DNA of 64,000 bases. It comes from Octopus vulgaris. Its lineage: Eukaryota. Positions within the stretch are counted from its first letter, which is position 1. Every line of letters begins with the position of its first letter. Below the pieces are notes generated by a model that searched no databases, was not told the origin of the DNA, and saw only the letters and a program-made list of their open reading frames with translations. The DNA is taken from the NCBI GenBank assembly GCA_951406725.2, contig OX597815.1, positions 113,088,001 to 113,152,000 on the forward strand, given 5' to 3'. This document shows, one piece after another, positions 1 to 13,400 of the stretch. Made by a program: the position numbers and the translations under genes.

Positions 1-192
1 TATATATACATATATACATATTTATATCACATCAACATATATGCATATATATATATGTGTATGTGTGTGTGTGTGCGTGTGTGTGTGCGTGTGAGCGTAT
101 TAAATTATAGGGAAAAGAGGCACTGTATCATATATGTAATACATATATGCACACACACATACGTATAACATGTATCACTCAAACATATAAGC

Positions 193-392
<200 letters not shown>

Positions 393-787
393 ATATATAT
401 ATTTCCTGACCTCTATAGTCTTTTAGTTATATTCTCAGAAATTTTTCATCACACTTTTTCTCTCTGATCTTCTCAACAGGTTTAAATGCCTCAACAGAGC
501 TTCGTTATTTCTTTTTGTGTGTATGTGTGTGTTTTTCTTGCATGTTAACTTGTCAACTCTCATATCATGTAAACCATGTCATATTCTTGCTGTGTTGACT
601 TATTTATTTTTTATTTACTTGCTCTGCTGACAGTTTTGTTTTATTTGTTTGCTTTTGCTGTTGCCAAAATGAATACGTGGGGCGGAGTTGACTTCAGTTG
701 GATTCAAACTTATTCCGTTCTTATTCACATACTCATCATATACATGCGGATACACGCACACACAAGTAGATAGAGACATAGCTAGCT

Positions 788-1015
<228 letters not shown>

Positions 1016-2264
1016 TGAGTGATTGACTGATTGATTGACAGATCGATTGATGGATAGATATAAGCACAATTATATCTATATCTATATATATATATATATA
1101 CTCGTTTACTTGTTTCAGTCATTTGACTGGTCATGCTGCCGCACCGCCTTTAGTCGAGCACATCGACCCCAAGACTTATTCTTTGTAAGCCTAGTACTTC
1201 TCCTATAGCCGCTGTCAAAAGACTGAATCAAGTAAAAGAATAAAAGAATACATATATGTATATATATGAAATTTGATAAATCATCATGTCAAGTTTCTCG
1301 TTGCTGTTCTTCGGGTGACTAGTGAAATTGGAAGAACGGTATTAGAAATATGCAGGAAATATGCTTGTAAAAGATAGTATAGTATAAATGGAATTGCCGC
1401 GAGGGAATGGAAAATATCTGCTTCTGGATGACGTCAGGCAGCAAATAGAAAAAATCGATAACAGAGAAAACATTCCTTAGCAACTTAATGGGAGAGTTGT
1501 GATGGTATTTGAGTAACCAGAAGACAAAATAGTGGTGATGTGTGTCAGACCGGGGGAGTAAAATGGATAACTACGGGTTCAAGATGACCCTGAATGTTGT
1601 GCTGAAAATCAAGCAGGTTAGTCTTCCCAGGTGTTATGTAGCTAACATTGACTTATTTCATCTATGCACAAAGCATTATATTCTTGACATTTGATGCACT
1701 ATTATATGGATTGAGGTATATGCGAATTAGTCTGCAACTAAGGAAGTGATTTGAGGATCCTGTAAATTTGGTATATTGTAAATGAAAAGACAATGGGAAC
1801 AGGAGAAAGTGGACTTCCAGGTAGGGTACTTCGAAAAGTGAAGGAACTTTTGATGAAGAGCTTGCGTAGGTTATGGTCATGTATGTAACTGAGGAGTGGA
1901 ACTAAAAAAAATGGGAATCAGAGATAATGGGAGTGAAATTCAAGGCGACCTGGAAAAGAGTTATGGAGGAAATGGAGTTGATGTGAAAAAGGGGCGCCGA
2001 TACAGATATATATGTAGCACTAGAGGCGATAAACAACAAATAAGTTATACCTATAACCATTCTTGTGATATGTTGTGGGAACTCGCTGGTAAAAAAAAGA
2101 CTTGAAAATAAGACGAGCTCGAGGAAGAGGAAGACTGTATGGTTGGTAAATTTAGACGTGATGCGACGGTTCAGGAATAATTGGAGGATGAAGTTATAGA
2201 GAACTTTAACGTCTATAGGATAAAAATATTTGGGAGATACTGGGAGAAAGAGGAGTTAAAGAGA

Positions 2265-3056
2265 CAAAGAATATGGTTTATTACACACATGTGAGTGAGA
2301 ACACTTTGAGATATTTTTGGTATCTAACATATGTCAGATACTGCGAGCGCTGCTTCTGATTGGTCAATCCATGGGGATGACCCGAGGTCACGGTGACGGC
2401 ACTACTTTTGTCATTCATAAGTTACAACTAAACTTCATTCATTACTTTCACGAGCAGGTAGAATGTAGCCATGTAATTAAACAAACATACTATCTTTTTT
2501 ATACCAGATATCACTTAAAGTCATATACACATAAAATATAAACATTTCTGGTGGTAATTCAATTTTTTGTTGCCAAAAAAATCACAACATATTTCGTCTG
2601 CTCGTCGATACTCTTGCAGTGCAGGTAGATCTATCAACAAGATGGCTACTGTTGTCGATATCAAGGTGAATGATTTTGTTAAGATTGATGGTAAAGATGG
2701 GGGAAGAGTGTTATCCGTTGTTCAACCTCTTAGAACATACAGAATGTTCCGGACTATCTTCCTGCGGCATGACATCTTTTACAGTTACACATTGTGACGT
2801 CACTGACGTGAAATCAAACTGTATTTATGCGCGCTTCAACACGATGTGAAGAATTTAGTTATTGGGTTAATAAAATATGGTCGTTTATTCGTGTGTAATA
2901 AATAAAATACCAAACTCATTCCCTATGGATACCGTATTTATTACAACTCGTGGCTTGTAAACGTATCTAACTCGCTTTCGCTCGTTAGATACGTTTACAA
3001 GCCACGAGTTGTAATAAATACGGTATCCATAGGGAATGAGTTTGGTATTCTCTATT
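2265..3056. mobile_element. Non-autonomous hairpin-ended DNA element, possibly Crypton-like
   Basis: Perfect 66-bp inverted repeat 2906-2971/2984-3049 with loop tcgctttcgctc; 12-bp inverted pair tttattacacac (2277-2288)/gtgtgtaataaa (2891-2902); ttctgattgg box; short ORF from ATG 2642. Family assignment is from recalled architecture only. Confidence 0.5.
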
Positions 3057-3660
3057 TACATTATATCTAATTGTATTTATTTGATTATTATCACATTTCC
3101 TTTGAAACACCTGTTGCCGACACAAATCACCAAATTCCTCTGGTTTTGAATTTTGAAATTATACACAATATTTTCAGGGTGTAGATTTGTTCTGATTGGC
3201 TGACAGTTATAACAATATTTTTGTTTGTTTGTTTTTTTTGCTTCTTTTTTCTTTTGTTATTGTTTTCTTTAATGTTTTTTTGCTTGTTTTTGTTTTAATG
3301 TGGATTATTCATTCATGAAATATCAATATGAACTAAGCGTGCGGAAAAAAGTTGTTAGTGGCAGGTATCAAACTTTTTTAACTAAAAATTAAACCATACA
3401 TCAAAGAATTATTATTTTAAACAAATGTAAATGTATTTTTTAAATGATGTAAAAGAAAGGCTCCATATGTATAAAATATTAAATACAAAATATTAATCAC
3501 ATGAGATCAAAATTCGTTTATGTTATTATAAACCACTAGAAGAAAAAAATTAACCTGTAGACTTATATAAAATTCTTTAGTAAATATTTAACGAAACTCA
3601 GAGATTTGAATTTCTTGTTTAAAATATTAGAATCCTGTAATAAGATGCTCGATTTTTGGG

Positions 3661-3767
3661 GTAAGACAAAATATATAAAGAAAATTATTAAGTATATTAA
3701 ATAAAGCTTGTTTAAAACAAGCTTCTTTTTATATACTTAATAATTTTCGTTATATATTTTGTCTTAC
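3661..3767. repeat. AT-rich imperfect palindrome
   Basis: gtaagacaaaatatataaagaaaattattaagtatat pairs with atatacttaataattttcgttatatattttgtcttac (1 mismatch in 37); inner aagcttgtt/aacaagctt stem. Confidence 0.85.
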
Positions 3768-4517
3768 TCGACCAATATATTTTTAAATCCTTTAAACTCC
3801 AAATATTTTTGGATGACATTTTTAAAGATTATTCAAGGTATGAAAATGTTGGGAAAACTTCGTTTCCAAAAGATTCTATGAATTCCTTACATGATTTTCA
3901 AGTGATTTTATCAGTAAGAGAGCCTTTAGCATATTGAAGCAGAGCTTTTAAAAAGCACTTACTGAAAGTGGGGATAGAAAGCAAAAATATTACAGTTGCT
4001 TGTAAAAGAGGCAATTAAAATGAGTATAGCAGAAAGATTTCTGATATTAATTTTAGAGCGGGAGTTTGCAAAAGTTGAACATAGTAGCATAATTAAATTT
4101 CACGGTAGTTTTATCAAAATCTTGTGTATTAAAAATCTTGTAATTTAAAATAAAGTGTTTACATATTAAAATAAAGTGTTTACATATTAAATTTTAAGTG
4201 TAGAATGAGGTTGATCAAACTATTGAGTGAAATATAGCATAAAATAAATTTTTTATAGTCTTTCCTAGTATAAAATTATTACTGATTCAACAACGTTTAG
4301 CAATCCAACTAGTGCATATTTGCGTAAGAGATGATACAATATCATAATTATCGAGTCTCGCATGCAAACATACGCATGAAAGCACACACACATACACACA
4401 CAAACACACACGCACGCACGAACATATGCACATACACATACACACCACGCACTCAAAGATTCAGTCACACACATGACCACAAATTTGAATATTCACATCA
4501 CAATAGGCAAATAAACC

Positions 4518-4585
<68 letters not shown>

Positions 4586-4599
4586 CACTCACATGCACA

Positions 4600-5060
4600 T
4601 TAATTTCAAAGACGTGCAACATTTTAATCTCCTTCAAAGTAGGAGCATCTGACTTCAATACACGTATTGTAACACTCTAGTGACTTCGTGAAGGCTCCAT
4701 GGTAATTCTCCAAAGTGGAGGTGTCCAGGACCCTTGCCACAGCCACCACCATCTCAATGTTTTCAAAACGACTGCCATTGTGGTTCTCTCTCAGTTTTAG
4801 TAACAACCGAAGTCATTGAGAGCAATTTCTGCATTGTAGAGAGGGTTAATGAAAGTTTTAACTCCTATCTCTGTCAAGTAGTTGGTTACCAAGATGTAAT
4901 TGTGGACTGCTTCATTGTCCTGACACAGGTTCCACTGACCCAAGTGGAACGACTGTGGACTTTTGCAGCGAAATCTCTTCTTGAACTCCCTCGAAATCTC
5001 AACAAAGTACTCTTCGTTGACAGTCTAGCCAGACAGAATCCAGTGGATGTAGATGATGCC
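4600..5060 (-). mobile_element. Degenerate mariner transposase C-terminal fragment
   Basis: Minus strand reads QDNEAVH...GVKTFINPLYNAEIALNDF (decayed HPPYSPDLAPxDF), then KLRENHNGSRFE...CIEVRCSYFEGD. Confidence 0.75.
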
Positions 5061-5065
5061 TTTTC

Positions 5066-5483
5066 TTATTCCTTTATTGCCCGCAAGGAGCTGAACATAG
5101 AGGGGACAAACAAGGACAGACAAAGGGATTAAGTCGATTATATCGACTCCAGTGCATAACTGGTACTAAATTCATCTACCCCGAATGGATGAAAGGCAAG
5201 GTCAACCTCGGCAGAATTTGAACTCAGAACGTAACGGCAAACGAAATACCTATTTTTTTTACTACCCACAAGGGGCTAAACACAGAGGGAACAAACAAGG
5301 ACAGACACACGGATTAAGTCGATTACATCGACCCCAGTGCGCAACTGGTACTTAATTTATCGACCCCGAAAGGATGAAAGGCAAAGTCGGCCTCGGCGGA
5401 ATTTGAACTCAGAACGTAACGGCAGAAAAAAACCCGGCTACGCATTTCGCCCGGCGTGCTAACGATTCTGCCAGCTCGCCGCC
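5066..5483 (-). mobile_element. Head-to-tail pair of tRNA-derived SINEs with MetaSINE-like core (family A)
   Basis: Full copy 5251-5483 plus 5'-truncated copy 5066-5250; A/B-box-like head and core gactttgcctttcatcctttcggggtcgataaattaagtaccag. Confidence 0.9.
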
Positions 5484-5794
5484 TTTTCTTTCGGCAAATT
5501 TGATCATCATGGGCTCCCCCTGTGAACTTGCTTCGCTTGGCATCTTGTACCAGTGAAAAACAGATACTCGGCTCATACAAGTTAATCTATAAGTAGTCTG
5601 GAGCATCTCATAAGTTTCTGTAACGTTTGTGCCCAGTCGAACACAAAACGTTATCGCATAGCAAGCGTCTCAACGCCTTGATATCATTCTGCAAACCAAT
5701 CAGCTGTGACGAGCGATGTGTTACATAGTGTTGTTACAGCCGTCTCTTTCAATCTGGAATAACAAAAGTTGGCAGCTGAGCTTATTAGATGTAT

Positions 5795-6035
5795 ACTCTT
5801 TTACTTGTTTCAGTCATTTGAATATGGCCATGCTGGAGCATGGCCATAAGTTGAAGAAATCGACCCCAGTATTTATTCTTTGTAATCCTAGTACTTATTC
5901 TATCGGTTTCTTTTGCCGAACCGCTAAGTTACGGGGACGTAAACACACCAGCATCGGTTGTCAAGCGATGCTAGGGGACAAACACAGACACACAACCATA
6001 TACATACACATATATGCACACACACACACACACAT

Positions 6036-6068
<33 letters not shown>

Positions 6069-6071
6069 CAT

Positions 6072-6129
<58 letters not shown>

Positions 6130-6320
6130 GATAGATAGATAGATAGATAGATAGATACGACGGGCTTCTTTCAGTTTCCGTCTACTAAATCCACTCACAA
6201 GGCTTTGGTCGGCCCGAAGCTATAGTAGAATAGACTTGACCAAGGTGCCAAACAGTGGGACTGAACCCAGAACCATGTGGTTGGTAAGCACGCTACTTAC
6301 CACACAGCCACTCCTGCGCC
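5795..6320 (-). mobile_element. tRNA-derived SINE family B (CORE-like ccttgg.ca.gt segment, internal microsatellite)
   Basis: Head ggcgcaggagtggctgtgtggtaag...gggttcagtccc and tail aaatgactgaaacaagtaaaagag; several homologous copies in the window. Confidence 0.88.
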
Positions 6321-6889
6321 AAGTAAAGATATACTAAAATTACACTCAGACACATTCATGCACGCATTCACACACATACTCACAATAATACACACTTATA
6401 TAAATTTAACACACACACATACACACACAAATATACTTCTCGCTCACATGCATACGCATACGTGCTCATATATGTCACTAACATACGCGCACTTACAACG
6501 CACACACAGACACACAAAAACACACATACATACATACACACATGCACACCCTCCCATATAGACACCAGCATACTCATTACATTCATATACACACATACAA
6601 TCACATACAAACGCTCACACGATCTCACATACACGCATACATCACATTTTCTGTAACGTTTGTGCCCATTCGAACACACATATACACACATATACAAACA
6701 CACTTTCTTACATATATGCCCTCACATACACACACACACACACACCTATAAACACGGTCACATGTACAATCATACGTTACACTTGTACATACAAATACTC
6801 TCACACTTTCTCAAATACGCATTCACATGTACACACATTTATGTACACACACAGTAATACGCAGGCTCATATACATGCTCACGCAGAAA

Positions 6890-7121
6890 GCGGCGAGCTG
6901 GTAGAAACGTTAGCACGCCGGGCGAGAAATGCGTAGCCGTATTTCGTCTGCCGTTACGTTCTGAGTTCAAATTCCGCCGAGGTCGACTTTACCTTTCATC
7001 CTTTCGGGGTCGATAAATTAAGCACCAGTTACGCACTGGGGTCGATGTAATCGACTTAATCCGTTTGTCTGTCCTTGTTTGTCCCCTCTGTGCTTAGCCT
7101 CTTGTGGGTAGTAAAGAAATA
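6890..7121 (+). mobile_element. SINE family A, full length
   Basis: Near-identical to copies at 14771-15001 and 42691-42918. Confidence 0.92.
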
Positions 7122-9149
7122 TATACATGCTCACGAACTCTCACATACACACACGCTTACATACACATTCATATGCACACATGAAAACACGCACAAACGC
7201 GCGCTCGCACACATAAACACACATACTTATTTTTTCAGCCACGCAAATACATAAAGCAAAACAATAAAAATTTCACTCCTCAGGTTTAGGGCGACTCGAG
7301 GACAACGTAAAAGACACTGGTGTAACAGCCACGCAATGGGATTGAACTCGAGACAGCTTGACTGTGAAATGAACTTCCTAACTATTCAGCCATGCTGCAT
7401 TCGCACAGTAGTGCAAACACACGCATACACACACATATACATACACGCACATACACAAATATTCGTTCCGCGCATACATACACACGCACATAAAAACACA
7501 CCAGCTCGCGCACATATACGCACTAAATTGCTCGAAAAACAAATTTCAACCTAAATATTCGTTTTTCAATTAAATTAATACTGTGTAAGTCATTAAACCT
7601 AATTATTATCAGACAACGTTGTAAAATTAATTATTTTTAATTAGTAAAGCATGTGGTAAAAGTGGCTACAATCACTTTAAAAATGTGTTGTTAAAAATAT
7701 GTAATTACAAATTAGTATTCTCACTACCTTCTTTGAGTTTTTTTTAAGTAAGTGCAGGAGTGGCAGTGTCGTTTAAGAAGCACGCTTCCTAGCCACTTAG
7801 TCATGCGTTCACTTCCACTACGCGGTACCTTGGTCACGTGTTTTCTACTTTAGCAAGTGGCTAAGTGGATAAGGTAAACGAAAACTGAAAGAATCCCGTC
7901 ATATATCCGTGTATGTGTGTTGTGTTGAGTTCTTCTTCTTCTTTTTCTTCTTCTTCTTCTTCTTCTTCTTCTTCTTCTTCTTCTTCTTCTTCTTCTTCCA
8001 ATCAGGACTCGCGCCATTAGCCACAAAGAATAATCCCTAATTCGAGCCTACTCTAAGCTACTAAGAATGCGTGTCGCAACTTGAAGATCCACCCACCACA
8101 CTTGATAGACTGGCGGCTGCACGGGCGCGAAAGCTACGTTGTTATCCTCATTCCGTAAACGGTGATTTTTAACGGGTGGAGAGCTGAACCATCCTGGGGT
8201 ACAGAGGATTCGCAATCTAGACTAGGATCTGAAAGTTTACTACACCATAGTGGGTTACACCATGGTTTCTCTGCTTTGTGGCAGAAGTAGGATGTAAAAG
8301 TGAGAGAAAGTTGTGGTGAAAGAGTACAGCGGGGTTCACCACCCGCCCCCGCCGGAGCCTCGTGGAGCTTAGGTGTTTTTGCTCAATAAACACTCTCAAT
8401 GTTTATGCGTTATCTCTATATTGAATCAATTTCGGGATTAATCCATCGGATTTTCCCCGATAAGAAATAAATGAAAAATAAATGAAAATAAATGGAAAAA
8501 AGCAGAAGCTTCTGCTTTTTTCCATGGGTGCTTCTAAGTAATCCTGAAGGATTAGAATAAATCCTGAAGAATATAGAGGGAAATAAGGGAAGAAATGAAG
8601 GGGAAAGGGGAGGAGAAAGGCCACAGATACAAATGAGAGGGCGAGAGAGAGAAATAGGGGTAAGTGGACAGGCTAGAAATAGAAGTAACAGGGCGAGAGA
8701 GTAAAGAAGGAGTAGAGTCACACAGAATATATATAAACTTACTGTTCATAAACGTTGAGCGTGTGTTGCGTACCGTTACTTAATAAATGAAAAAATGCAT
8801 TATAAATAAACAACAGATAAAACACGTATACGTATAAGACACAGAGGATCCCTAATTCTTCATTAGTTATCAACCAAAATGGTAATACTCAGTTTCGCAC
8901 TATTAATGATAAGACTGAGAGCTTCCCATGTTGGCAGTGCCAGCGAAAGACGCAGAGAATCGAGCCTCACGCAAACACAACGACACAGAGTAGACATATG
9001 AAAGTACAAAAAAATGTAATTTAAGACAATGGACAAAGACGAAACGAGCAAAATACAGCCTTAAGGCCAAAAGACAAGAATGATAGGTAACGCTTAGAAT
9101 ATATATATATATTTCCTCTACATAATATTGAGGTATCTTTCTTTCTTTT

Positions 9150-11712
9150 GTTATCTTACCTTAGATAACAGCAAATATACACAACAGCATCATTAATAAT
9201 TACACTAAGGCTAGGTCACAGACATATAATGAAGCTAGCGTTATCGCCGCTAAACTTAAATTAGATAACAAAAAATAGAAGTCCTTCCCCAAAAAGAGGC
9301 CTTTATTACAATTAAAGACCACAAAGAGAACTTCCTTTCCAACCCTAAATGTAGGCTTATCAACCCAGCTAAGGGTTATTAGTAAAGAAATTTTAGATAA
9401 AATAAATGCGAAAATTAAGACCGCTACTAGGCTAGTACAATGGTCCAATAGTATAGAAGTCGTAGACTGATTTAAAGCCATTAAGAATAAGAAAACAGCG
9501 AGGTTTACACAATTCGATATTGTTGATTTTTATGCCTCTATCTCTAAAGAACTGCTAGATAAAGCCCTTGTCTTCGCTAGCGATATCATAGAAATCAGTA
9601 CAAATGATAAGGACATAATCTTCCATGCTAGAAAGACCTTACTTTTCAGTGAGAACGCAAAGTGAGTCAAAAATACCGACACAGAAGGTGCTTTCGATGT
9701 GAGCATGGGGTCATATGATGGAGCAGGCATTTGCAATCTTATTGGATTTTTTCTCTTAGATACTTTAGGTAAGACATTTCCTGGCGTATATTTCGCCATC
9801 TACAAAGATGATGCCCTCGCTTTAACCGCTAATACAAATGGACCAGCACAGGATCGTTTTAGGAAGGATATTATCCAATTAATGAAATACTTCGGACTTA
9901 GTATAACTATAGATACTAACCTGACGGTTGTCAATTTCCTAGACGTTTCCTTAGATCTAAATAAGAATATTTATAAGCCTTATAGGAAGCCCAATGAAAG
10001 ACTTAGTTATATTAATGTAGGTTCATGCCATCCCCCTATAGTATTCAAAAATTTAGTTTAAAATATTAGTAAGAGAATTTCTAGCCTCTCCTCCGATAAG
10101 GACATTTTAATAGCGTTGCCCCAGTTTATAATAAGGCTTTAAAAGATAGTGATTTTAGCGAAAAAATAAAATATACACCTGTTACTAGCCCAACAGTAAA
10201 GAAGAGGAAAAATAGAAATATGAAGATCATCTGGTTTACACCCCCTTACTCACCCGAGGTGACTTTCAATATAGGTAAATATTTCTTAACACTGATAGAT
10301 AGACATTTTCCAGTTAACCATACTTAGAGGAAACTCTTCAATAAACACAATTTAAAAATTAGTTTTAGTTCAACTACCAATTTTAAAAATATAATCAAAC
10401 ATAACACACAAAAACCACAAGAAAACAGCTGTTCATGCAGGAATAAAAAATTGTGCCCGCTAAATGGAGCTTGCATGTCCGAGACCATCATCTATGAAGC
10501 TACCGTGGACTCTATAACCACTGAAGACACCGTTTCGACGAAGAAATACGTGGGCCTTACAGAGGGTAATTTCAAGGCCAGGTTCAATAACCACACCTTG
10601 AGTTTTAGGCACTGGAACAAAAGAAAAGCGACAAAATTATCTAATCATATTTGGTCTTTAAAAGATAAAGGTGTCGATTATAACATCCATTGGAAGATTT
10701 TGGTCAAATGTAAGCCCTACACCAACGGCAGCGGTAAGTGCGGTCTATGCTACATGGAGAGATGGCTTATCTGGAAAAGCAGCTTAGACCCTACTACATG
10801 TCTAAACTCAAGGACAGAACTTTTCGGATCATGCTCATATGTGACAAAATTTTTTTTACGTTTTTGGTCCCCCAAAGAAAACAGATAGAACTTGCTTTCT
10901 ATATTATGTCCCAAAAAGTTTTTTATCTCATTATACCTTTTATTATTTCATATATTTTTATATTTTCACACATAATAATTTTTTCTGTATTTTTCTGTAC
11001 TTTTCTATCCTGCATTTTTTCCTGTGCCTATATAGACGTGTATATAGTTTCATTTGTACACGTGTGTGAATATGTATGAGTGGGTGGTTTAGATGCGTGC
11101 GTATGTGCGGGCATAAGAATGCATATATATATAGACGTTTTTACTTAGTATTTTTTCATTTTTTAGGGGTTTGGGGGGGGGCATATGTATATTCATTTTT
11201 CGTATATGCGTGTGTGTGTATGCGTATATAAACATGTGCGGGTATGTACATATATGGGCGTGTGTGTATGGGTGCATAAGGGCATGTCCGTATATGAACG
11301 TGGTTTTTATGCTTTGTATACTTCCTTATGTTTTTTTCTGTTACCTTTAACCATGGTTTTTCTTGTGCTTGTGCGTATATAGACGTATGTATGAACTTTT
11401 ACGGTACGCATGTGTGTGTGTGTATGAGTTTGTATATATATGCGTATATATTTGGCGAAAAATGCGAGTGAAGATGTGTACGTTTTCATAGTGACGTATA
11501 AAGTACGCACGTGGGTCCGCGAGCGCACATGTGAGCGTATGACTAGACTATGAAATTTTAATCGTATTTTATATAAGTAGCAGAATTATTACACAGTAAT
11601 TTCCCTTTATATAACGGTATTTTTTCATAGCGTTTTTTCAGATGGCCAGATAACCGAAGAGATGGTGTTGTGGATATCCACTTCGGCATCTGAAACTCAG
11701 AGTTTTATCTTG
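9150..11712 (+). mobile_element. Penelope-like retroelement (Naiad-like), 5'-truncated and pseudogenised: RT, GIY-YIG endonuclease and 3' region with hammerhead
   Basis: Frameshifted ORF with [54 protein letters not shown]; Cys linker CSCRNKKLCPLNGAC; IIY...YVGLTEGNFKARFNNH; CGLC; ORF ends 10888. Confidence 0.9.
11647..11711 (+). ncRNA. Minimal type I hammerhead ribozyme motif (core variant) at the 3' end of the Penelope element
   Basis: Stem I agataa/ttatct; core CCGAAGA (U4C); stem II gatg/catc; GAAA; stem III actc-a-gagt; GUU cleavage triplet. Confidence 0.6.
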
Positions 11713-11747
11713 ACTATTGAGTAATTGTAACATATTATTTTATAGAT

Positions 11748-11798
<51 letters not shown>

Positions 11799-12011
11799 CA
11801 TATACATATACACACATATACATATACATACATACATTTACGTATGTATGTAGGTATGTATGTATGCATTTATTATTTATGCCACGCTAGGGATGTGACA
11901 TTTTACCTCCTTTGGATATTTAACGAGGACAGAAGGCAGCCATTAACTTTTTCAATCCAAAATGGTTTTGCAACCCAATAGTTACATGCTGTTATTAATA
12001 GCTTTGTATAA

Positions 12012-12190
12012 GGCGGCAAGCTGGCAGAATCGTTAGCACGCTGGACGAAATGCTTAGCGATATTTCGCTCGTCGCTACGTTCTGAGTTCAAATTCCACCA
12101 AGGTCGACTTTGCATTTTATTCTTGCAGGATGAAACACTGGGGGGTCATGTTTATGCAATTTCAGGACTTGTGCTTTTAGTAGAAAGGGT
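12012..12190 (+). mobile_element. SINE family A, diverged copy with the alternative tail
   Basis: ggcggcaagctggcagaatcgttagc...gagttcaaattcc...gtcgactttgc. Confidence 0.8.
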
Positions 12191-13024
12191 TATGAAAGTG
12201 ATGCGGGAAGTGTGTTCGTTTAGGATATCACCAAAGTGATGAGGGAGCTGTGTTCACCAGTCCCTGCTCCTGTAGAAACCTTGCTGGTTTGAAATAATTA
12301 GTCTGTTATATATATATATATATATATATACATATATAAATTTTGTACGACTCTTACTCTATCTTTTATTCCTCTTCTCATTTTTCTTCCTTTTTCTCGC
12401 CCCACCTCTCTCACATTTCTTGGCCCTCTCTTTCTTTAACTCCCACTATTTCCCACTCGTTTATCTTCCCTGTACCTTTCTCTTTGTCTGACTGTTTTTC
12501 TAATCCTTCAATCCCGCAGTTCCCTACCCATCTCTCCTCCTTCCACGTGATAAGTGTCCAGGCAGCCATGATCTTTCTTTCTTGGCCTGACTGCCGACCG
12601 CCAACACCATTTGTTCCTGCCTTTAAGCTTTCACTTCATGGACTCCAACTCAATTTGATTCATTCTCAGTCGAAAAACGCCTATTGTTGTTTGTATTCGT
12701 AATTGTGTACCATGTTGTCCATTTTTTTGTTTGTTTTTTGTCTTTGTTGCCGTATACATTCGCTAGCTTTCTTACAAAGGGGTCTAATGCCCTTAGCTTA
12801 GACTTTTTGTGGGGCAACCAGATCGAACTATCTCAAGTTTAACTGCCCGAAATGGTCGTGACTTCTGGGACTTGACTGATGAAAGAAAGTCAAGAATGAC
12901 CCGTCTTTTTTTGCCTGTCCTAATTGTTGTTTCTTTCTCCGCCTTTGTATCGTCTATCTGTCCGAACGTTTTAACGTCTTCTTTTGCGTTTTTGTTCCAT
13001 TTATATATATATATCAGGAGTTAT

Positions 13025-13400
13025 AAGGTAGTGAAACATGTGCTAACGGCTCAAAGAGCCATGGAGAGTTCAACGCTTGGAATCTCGTTGAGAGAGCACA
13101 TCAGTAGCGAGGTCATCAGATAGAAGTCCGGCGTGAGGGATGTCATCGTAGAATATGCACGCAGCAAGTTTATATGGACTAGACACGTCGCCCGGCTCAC
13201 TGATAATCGGTGGACCCGCACAGTTGTCGAGTGGTGCCCGAGCGAGCGAAAACGACCAATCGGAAGGTCTCCACGATTGTGGAGTTACGATTTCAGGAGG
13301 GCGATTGGGATCACGTGGATGAGAAAGGCGCGATCCAGCGTGCTGTGACCAGCGGTGTCAAATGGACGCCCGACGGACTGGTCGGTCAAGGTGGTGGTCA
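13025..13400 (+). mobile_element. RTE-clade LINE 3' fragment
   Basis: AQRAMESSTLGISLREHISSEVIR...KFIWTRHVARLTDNRWT..VVEWCP..RKRPIGRSPRLW. Confidence 0.85.

Noticed and set aside
1270-2260. Purine-rich complex region as a possible upstream receptor exon or LINE ORF1
   Set aside because: No DRY/TM4-like reading frame with splice sites and no recognisable motif; many stops.
9468-9666. In-frame TGA codons in the Naiad-like RT as possible selenocysteine or recoding
   Set aside because: They fall at positions expected to be Trp (VVD*F, AK*VK), consistent with TGG-to-TGA decay; the copy also has frameshifts and other stops, and linker Cys codons are normal.
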